Positions 57,507-64,000 of a stretch of 64,000 nt of DNA are shown here, in pieces. Below the pieces are notes generated by a model. That model was not told where the DNA came from. It worked only from the letters and a program-made list of their open reading frames with translations, and did not search any database. The stretch is from Paraspadella gotoi. Its lineage: Eukaryota > Animalia > Chaetognatha. Both the position numbers and the translations under genes were made by a program. Location: assembly GCA_051294375.1 (NCBI GenBank), contig CM119263.1, positions 12,896,620 through 12,960,619 on the forward strand, given 5' to 3'. Within the stretch, counting starts at the first letter, position 1, and the number at the start of each line of letters is the position of its first letter.

Positions 57507-59767
57507 ACTTTCTTTACAACATATCTCTCAGGTTAAATTTAGAAAATAAAAAAGTAAGATATCTAGCAACCGATGATAAAAGCTGACCTCAACCGTAGCC
57601 CCATTTTTACCATGAGCCCGCTTTTCATTCATTTTATTGCCTTTTTTGATCGTGACTATCAAACCATCGCAGCTGCTCTTAATCCACGAGCCTTTTTTCG
57701 TTCTTTTCTCCAATCCTCTACTCCTTTCCAATTTTTTTTCACTCTTGAGTTCCTTTCCTTTTTATGTTTTTCCCTTTTTTTTTTCTAACCTCTCTCCGAG
57801 TCGCCCATCTAGTTCTCTCCATTGTGTATTTTTTTATTAATTCTTTTTAAACCTTTCTTTCTCTTTTCTCTTTCCTTATTCTCCATTTTTTCCCCTCAAT
57901 TCTCTTTTCTTTTTAATCCTTTTTACTTGGCTTCCCGTCTTTCTCTTTGGCTTTAAGATTGCGTTGACCTTCGGTTATTTTTGCTCCTTTCTTCACATGA
58001 CTGGCTTTGACCCTTAATTGCACTTTTCCTCAGCCCACTCGGCCCTGCTCCCTATTCTTATTTACGTAGTCTTATTTCCTTTCAAACAACTAGATTTCGG
58101 AAGAAAAAAAATTGCCCCAAAAAGTTTCACTCGAGAAAGGATGTTTTTTTTTAAATAACGAGCTAAAGAAATTTATTCAAATTGATAGTAGATATTTTAT
58201 TTTTATTGATATTCGTTACCAATTCTGTGGTAATTAATTTAACGTTATAAAAGAAGTCGTCTCCCCACGCATCTAAGACGAACTTAAAAAATAAAAAGAA
58301 AAAAAAATAGAGAAATTAAACTTTTCAATCTCAATCTGCAAAACCGCGTCTTTTCTCACCTTTTAATCAAATTCCGCCTAAATAATTCATCACGAAACAT
58401 TTTTTTTTATTCGTTCTTCAAGAATTAAAAAATTCCATCGATCCATCGCAGCGACGTCGTTCCACTCTTTTTATTTCTTTTCTTTTCTTTTCTTTTCTTT
58501 TCTTTTTTTCTTTCTTTTCTGCTTTTCTTTTTCTCTTTTCTTTCTTTCTTTCCTTCTTTCTTGTCTTTCTTATCTTTCTTATGCTTTTCTTTCTCTATTT
58601 CTTTCTTTCTTTCTTTCTTTCTTTCCTTCCTACCTACCCCTTCTCTTTTTTTCACTAATGTATTTGATTTATTCCTCCCCTTTCTTTTTATCTTTTCTTT
58701 TTTTTCTTTCTTTTTTTTCTTTCTTTCTCAGTTCCTCTTTTTTTTTCTCATTTATCTCACTATCTTTTTCCCCTCTTTTTTCTCTACGAACTTCTTCTCG
58801 AAGGCGGTCGTCCCGCGCGGGTCTAACGAATGATTGCTCCCCGAACGTGAACATGAAAAGTTGGGTGACCTTTCATGAGAGGCAGCTCCTATTCACAAAC
58901 TGACCATTTTTCGCGTCGACCGAATAGTAGCCTCCGCCCAGTTTTTTTTATGGCCCTTTGGCCGGGCGGGAGGGGCGTTGCTGAGCCGTTGGGGGGGAGG
59001 GGGCGTCGGATGCGGGAAGGAGACGGGAAGAGACCGTAACGACTTCTGTTCGGAGGAAAAAGATAGGAAGAGCATCGCTCACCTCACAGCCCGTTCGCTT
59101 TTCTATGTTTTTTTTTTTTAACTTTTCGACTCAATATTAAAAGGGGACGTCGTCCAAGCTCTATACTTTCCTTCGTAGTTCATCCGCACTGTCATCCTTT
59201 ACTAGCCCCCTGAACTATACACAAAACAAGTTTCTTCCTTTTGTTTTTCCATTGAAGAAGAACCAAAACACGAAAAACGAAGAAAGAAACCGGAAGCAAA
59301 AACAACAAAAAAGCCAAACAGACGATGGAGGGCGAGGTTTCCGTTTCACCCAGAAAAAAAAGGGCGAGGCTCGAGATCATTTTGGAATGCGGAACTTGAT
59401 GATAAGAAAATCATGTTAAATGTGAAACGGAGGTTTTTTGAAATAGTCAAGGGAATGACGAGAAATATGTGCCACCCGGAAAACGGGAGTACCGCAAACC
59501 ACTGAATTAAAAAAAGCACCACCGAACTTGAAGGGCGTTTTGAGAAAAGAGAAAACCTGGTCTTTATTGTTGTGGACGCAAAACCACAAACAAAGGCTCA
59601 TAGCTTTGAATAGGAATGGTCTTGTTTGTTTCAGGATTTAAGGATATGTTTCGAAAAACCTTTAGCCTTTCTCAAGCATTACCTGGAAAAACGTTTTAAA
59701 AAACGCGAACTCTTAGACAAAGCTTTTACATGTTTACACGCAAGAGAAAGACGAAAAGAAGAGAGAA

Positions 59768-59817
<50 letters not shown>

Positions 59818-61718
59818 GAGAGAGAGAGACTGACTGACAGCCATATCGCGGTTTAAAGTGAGCAGTCGGACTGAGGAGAGAGAGAGGAGGATGAGAAAGA
59901 AAAACGATTTTCCCAATAGTGAAAATCGTTCCCTTTTGCAGAAGCCCTTTTCTCACTCTCGCCTCCAACAATCCCCAAAACAATTCCTTCATCCCGGTTT
60001 TTACTTTGAGATTTTTTTCTTTTTTTTTCTCTTTTTGATGGAAGAGAAAAAAAAACGGAGAGAAAAAATGGTGGGGGAGGCCTGGAGGAGGATGAGGGGG
60101 CGCGGAAATAAAAATTTTACGATGATGATTTTCGAGTAGAATAAGAATATTTTTCAAATATTTTGGGTTAAGAACAATTCTCTTTTGTCTGGCGATTTTT
60201 CATAAGAATTTTTCAGGCTTTAAAATTTTTTTTAAATGTTCGGATTTCAGGATGCCTTGAGTTGTTGTCGCTAGTTTTTGTATATTATTTCTGAAACTTG
60301 CAAATTGCATAGTTTCCCCCTTGAATATGCTGCACATTGGTCGAAAACAATATTCGTTGGGATCTTTATCACGCTAGTTTCAGCACGCTCGCGGTGATCG
60401 TTCTTCCACCGGGCGCGGCGTGTCACTTGCTGCAATCTTATTCCAGTTGATTGCGAAGTTTCTTCGGTTCTCGAAACCATAAATTATTCGCCTTCGCATG
60501 AAAGATGTTTATGCCGTCGTAAATACTTCGACTCCGCCTCAGAACATGGGCTCGAAAATCACAGTCATAACTAAATTTAGTTTGTGTGAATGAAATTGAG
60601 GCATTTGCGTCGAAAATAGGAAATTCCTACGATGAAAGAGAGAGAAGTACAACGAGAGAGAAAGCGAGAAAAAAAAGTGAGAGAGAGAAAGAAAGAGAGA
60701 GAGAGAGAGAGAGTGAGAGTGAGAGAAAGAGAGTGAGAGAGAGAGAAAGAGAGAGAGAGAAAGTGAGAGAGAGAATGTTTTCCAATCACTCAAGACGAGG
60801 GCCGAGGGAAAGCGGGAGAAAAGAGAGAGAGAGAGAGCAGGCGAATGCGGTTAACTGTAAATAAGGTGGTCGTAAAAGGTGATGGCGAACTGTTGCGCAG
60901 GTTTGTATAAATGGCGGGGCTTCGTCTCCGACTGGCACGGACCCGGCGTCATCAACCAAACGATCCACTTGAGAAATGAGCGCCGTCTTTCTTCCTGCCC
61001 TTTTAGTTTAGAGCTTGAACCTTGGGGTAGCATTCTGTGATTGTGGTTGATTGCTAGGTATACAGAACAAGCGCTTGATTAACACTATTAGCAAGCTGAG
61101 TTGTCATAAAAAAGAAAGCAGTCGCAATTAAATCTGGGTGGCAATGAAACGTCGTCAGCTCATAGTGGCTAATACTGTTGCTAAGTCGAGACGCAGCCTG
61201 GTTATGGTTATTTGCAACGCCTGCTCGGAGTCGATGGTCGAAGCGGCGCTGCAGTCCCGTTTTAGCGCGGATCCTGTTTAACCTTTTGAGGCCGAGTCTT
61301 TCCCCTTGACTTTTACTCGTCTCTCTCCTTGACTCACGTTTTGTTTCCGTTCATCTATTTTTACTTTGTTTCCTTCCACATCTTTGTTTTTTTTTTCTTT
61401 TTCTTTTTTTCTCCTTCCAGCTCCTGTTCGTTCGTTCTTTGATGACGATGACNNNNNNNNNNACGATGACACAGCAGCTTGGCAAATGGCGATCGTGAGT
61501 AATTCTCACCTAACGAATAGGATTAGAGTTTACTTTACAGAGAGAAGTAAATATCAACGCAGCTTATAAAGGTCCCTTTTCTTTCTAGAACTCCCGTCGT
61601 TAAATTGTCAACGATAGTAAAAACATTTCTTACGATAACTTTCTTTTCCGCACCTCGATGACGTTTCACGTATTTCTAAAACGTCGTCGAGCGGATTGGA
61701 ACGCCCCTTCTTAAGATA

Positions 61719-61766
<48 letters not shown>

Positions 61767-62063
61767 GCAGCTCTATCTCTTTTTCTATCTCTCTCTATCG
61801 TTTTCTCGAAGGTCTGTCGAAGAAGTCGATCTCCACCGTCGTCTTACCCCGTAGCGGTTCATCTTTTTTTTTTATTCACTTTACGCTTCTTCTCGTGAAA
61901 GGAACGTCAATTACTAAAGATGTGAGCCTATTTATGGAGTGTCATATACGAGAGCACTTGCTTCCCCGCCGTTAAGTCTAATCTCGCTGCCGCAGGCTCA
62001 CGTTCTCCCTATTTCAAAAGCCTCTCCTTTTATACCCCCCTCCCCTCTCTTTCCACTTTTTTC

Positions 62064-62173
<110 letters not shown>

Positions 62174-62404
62174 TTCCTCTCTCTTCTCCCCTCTTTTTCA
62201 CTCCCTTCGAGACGTCGCGTGAGAGAGAGAGAGAGCGCGTTTGCATTTGCAGAATTTATTTATTTTCTTTCGTTGTTTTTTTATTTCCGCTGCTTTCTGA
62301 ACCGAACCATCCCGCTTTCCTTTCTCGTTCTCTTACCTTCCCCTTCCTTTCTCTGTATTTCTATTTTATTCCCTTCACATTTTCCCTACCGTTCCTGCTA
62401 ATTA

Positions 62405-62649
62405 CAGGTACTTCTATCAGGAGTGATACGAAAAAACTTGTAATATAATCGAAACGAAGAGCAATCAGGTTATATGACTCCGCGCTTGAGAGCCACTGTG
62501 ATTATACAATTAGGAAATTTGAACATTTGTTTCGGTCAACATAAATGTCAGGTAGTTTTCTAACTAAAATATGTTATGAATATAATATACAATGAAAGAA
62601 TTACGAGTTTAATCAAGTCTTTTCGTATCGGTCCAGATTGAAGTTCCTG
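62405..62649. mobile_element. 245-bp MITE, Tc1/mariner-like (TA-CAGG...CCTG-TA)
   Basis: Left TA|caggtacttctatcaggagtgatacgaaaaaactt versus right end reverse-complemented TA|caggaacttcaatctggaccgatacgaaaagactt; TA on both sides. Confidence 0.75.
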
Positions 62650-62745
62650 TATCTTCTTTCGATATTCCCTTTATTTAAGCTGTTTATCATTTCCTCCCTT
62701 TTTATTCTATTTCCATTCCTTTGCTATTCTGTCCATCGCTTCCGA

Positions 62746-62925
62746 TTTCCTCCTTTCTATTCCCTTTCCATTTTCTCTCTATTTCCTCCTTTCTATTCCC
62801 TTTCCATTTCCTCTCTATTTCCTCTTTTCTATTCCCTTTCCATTTCCTCTCTATTTCCTCCTTTCTATTCCCTTTCCATTTCCTCTCTATTTCATCCTTT
62901 TTATTCCCTTTCCATTTCCTCTCTA
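62746..62925. repeat. 36-bp pyrimidine-rich tandem repeat x5
   Basis: Unit tttcctcctttctattccctttccatttcctctcta repeated five times with few substitutions. Confidence 0.9.
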
Positions 62926-64000
62926 TTTCCCCTCCTCCTTCCCTTCCTTCCGTTCCTTCACTTCAACCGCGCAGCTGTTTCACTCAAGAAGGGCCCAACT
63001 CGAGCTGCCATTTTGAACAGAACTTTTGGTTTGGGAGTTTTTTCAGCGTTTTAAAAGACATAATAACGTGTCCCGCTAGTACAATATTCGATACTATGGC
63101 TCTTGAAAAAACGAAGATAGTATATAAAGCGTTAATGATACAGCTGAGAACGTAATCACTTAACTATGAAGTAGAGGTCACTAAAGGTGAGAGAGAGAGA
63201 GAGAGAGATAAAGAGAGAGCGAAAGAACAAGAGAAAAGAGAGGGAGAGAGAGATAGACAGACAGATTGAGAGTGAAAGAGAACGAGAAAGAGTGAGAGAG
63301 AGTCAAATGTATTCGTCTTGCAAGGTGAACTGATTGAACGAAGGTCGCTCTTCCTGATTACCTCGACTTTTCCTTCAAAATCTTTGCTAAAAACGAAATT
63401 AAGAATAAAAAATGGGAAAGGGAAGAAAGAGAGGAAAGGAAAAAGAAGAGATTAGTCCTTGGAAAAAAGAGTGAAACAGAAAAAAAGTTAAAAAAGTAAT
63501 AAAGATATTAAAATGTCAAGAAAAAAGCCTAACGAAAATAAGAAGACGTACGAAATAATATAAGTAACAAAGTGTAAGGAAATATCCAGATAACGCGAAA
63601 CAAAAAGAGAAAAATTACGCGAGCGAGAAACTTAAAGAGTTTTAAAGAATTTGGACAAATCCGAGGGAAAAAAATTGTTTCCTTAAGCGCGTTAAGGGGA
63701 GGAGAACAAGTCATGTTTAATATCGTCGATAGTTTGGTCATGGGAAAACCCTTGTCCCCTTAACATTCATTATCCGAAGTTAGAGCACCGTAGACTTGTG
63801 ACAGGTGGATAGAAAAATCGAAAAAAACAATTTTTGAAAAAATAAATTACAACTGCACTTCTAGTTTAGCAGTATGATGTCCACTAGCCATACAGTGAAC
63901 AGAGATGTTATGACGTCAAGAATCATCGAATCTTTTGAATGTTTAAGATAACCTTTAACCGTGTTTTTTCCTAAGAAAAACAAGGAAAAAAAACCGAGTG

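Overview
AT-rich animal (metazoan) genomic DNA, dense in (GA)n/(TC)n microsatellites, from a long-read gap-filled draft: four 25-N gaps with noisy flanks. Two intron-containing genes can be built, both on the minus strand. (1) A divergent unkempt-like CCCH zinc-finger gene (6 coding exons, 35766->20474, about 867 aa). It keeps only zinc fingers 1-3 and the C-terminal coiled coil, lacks fingers 4-6 and the RING, has a ~420-aa low-complexity N-terminal extension, and appears to need a GG-AG intron. (2) An unrecognised, probably type II single-pass membrane protein with a long disordered N-terminus and a GC-AG intron (about 45140->42952). Non-coding structure includes several Penelope-type minimal hammerhead ribozyme motifs inside fold-back elements, a 2.3-kb TIR insertion seen both as a filled and an empty site, a 245-bp TA-flanked MITE, a ~4.8-kb duplicated and partly inverted block that may be partly an assembly artefact, and minisatellites. 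Most ORFs in the supplied track are microsatellite or antisense artefacts.
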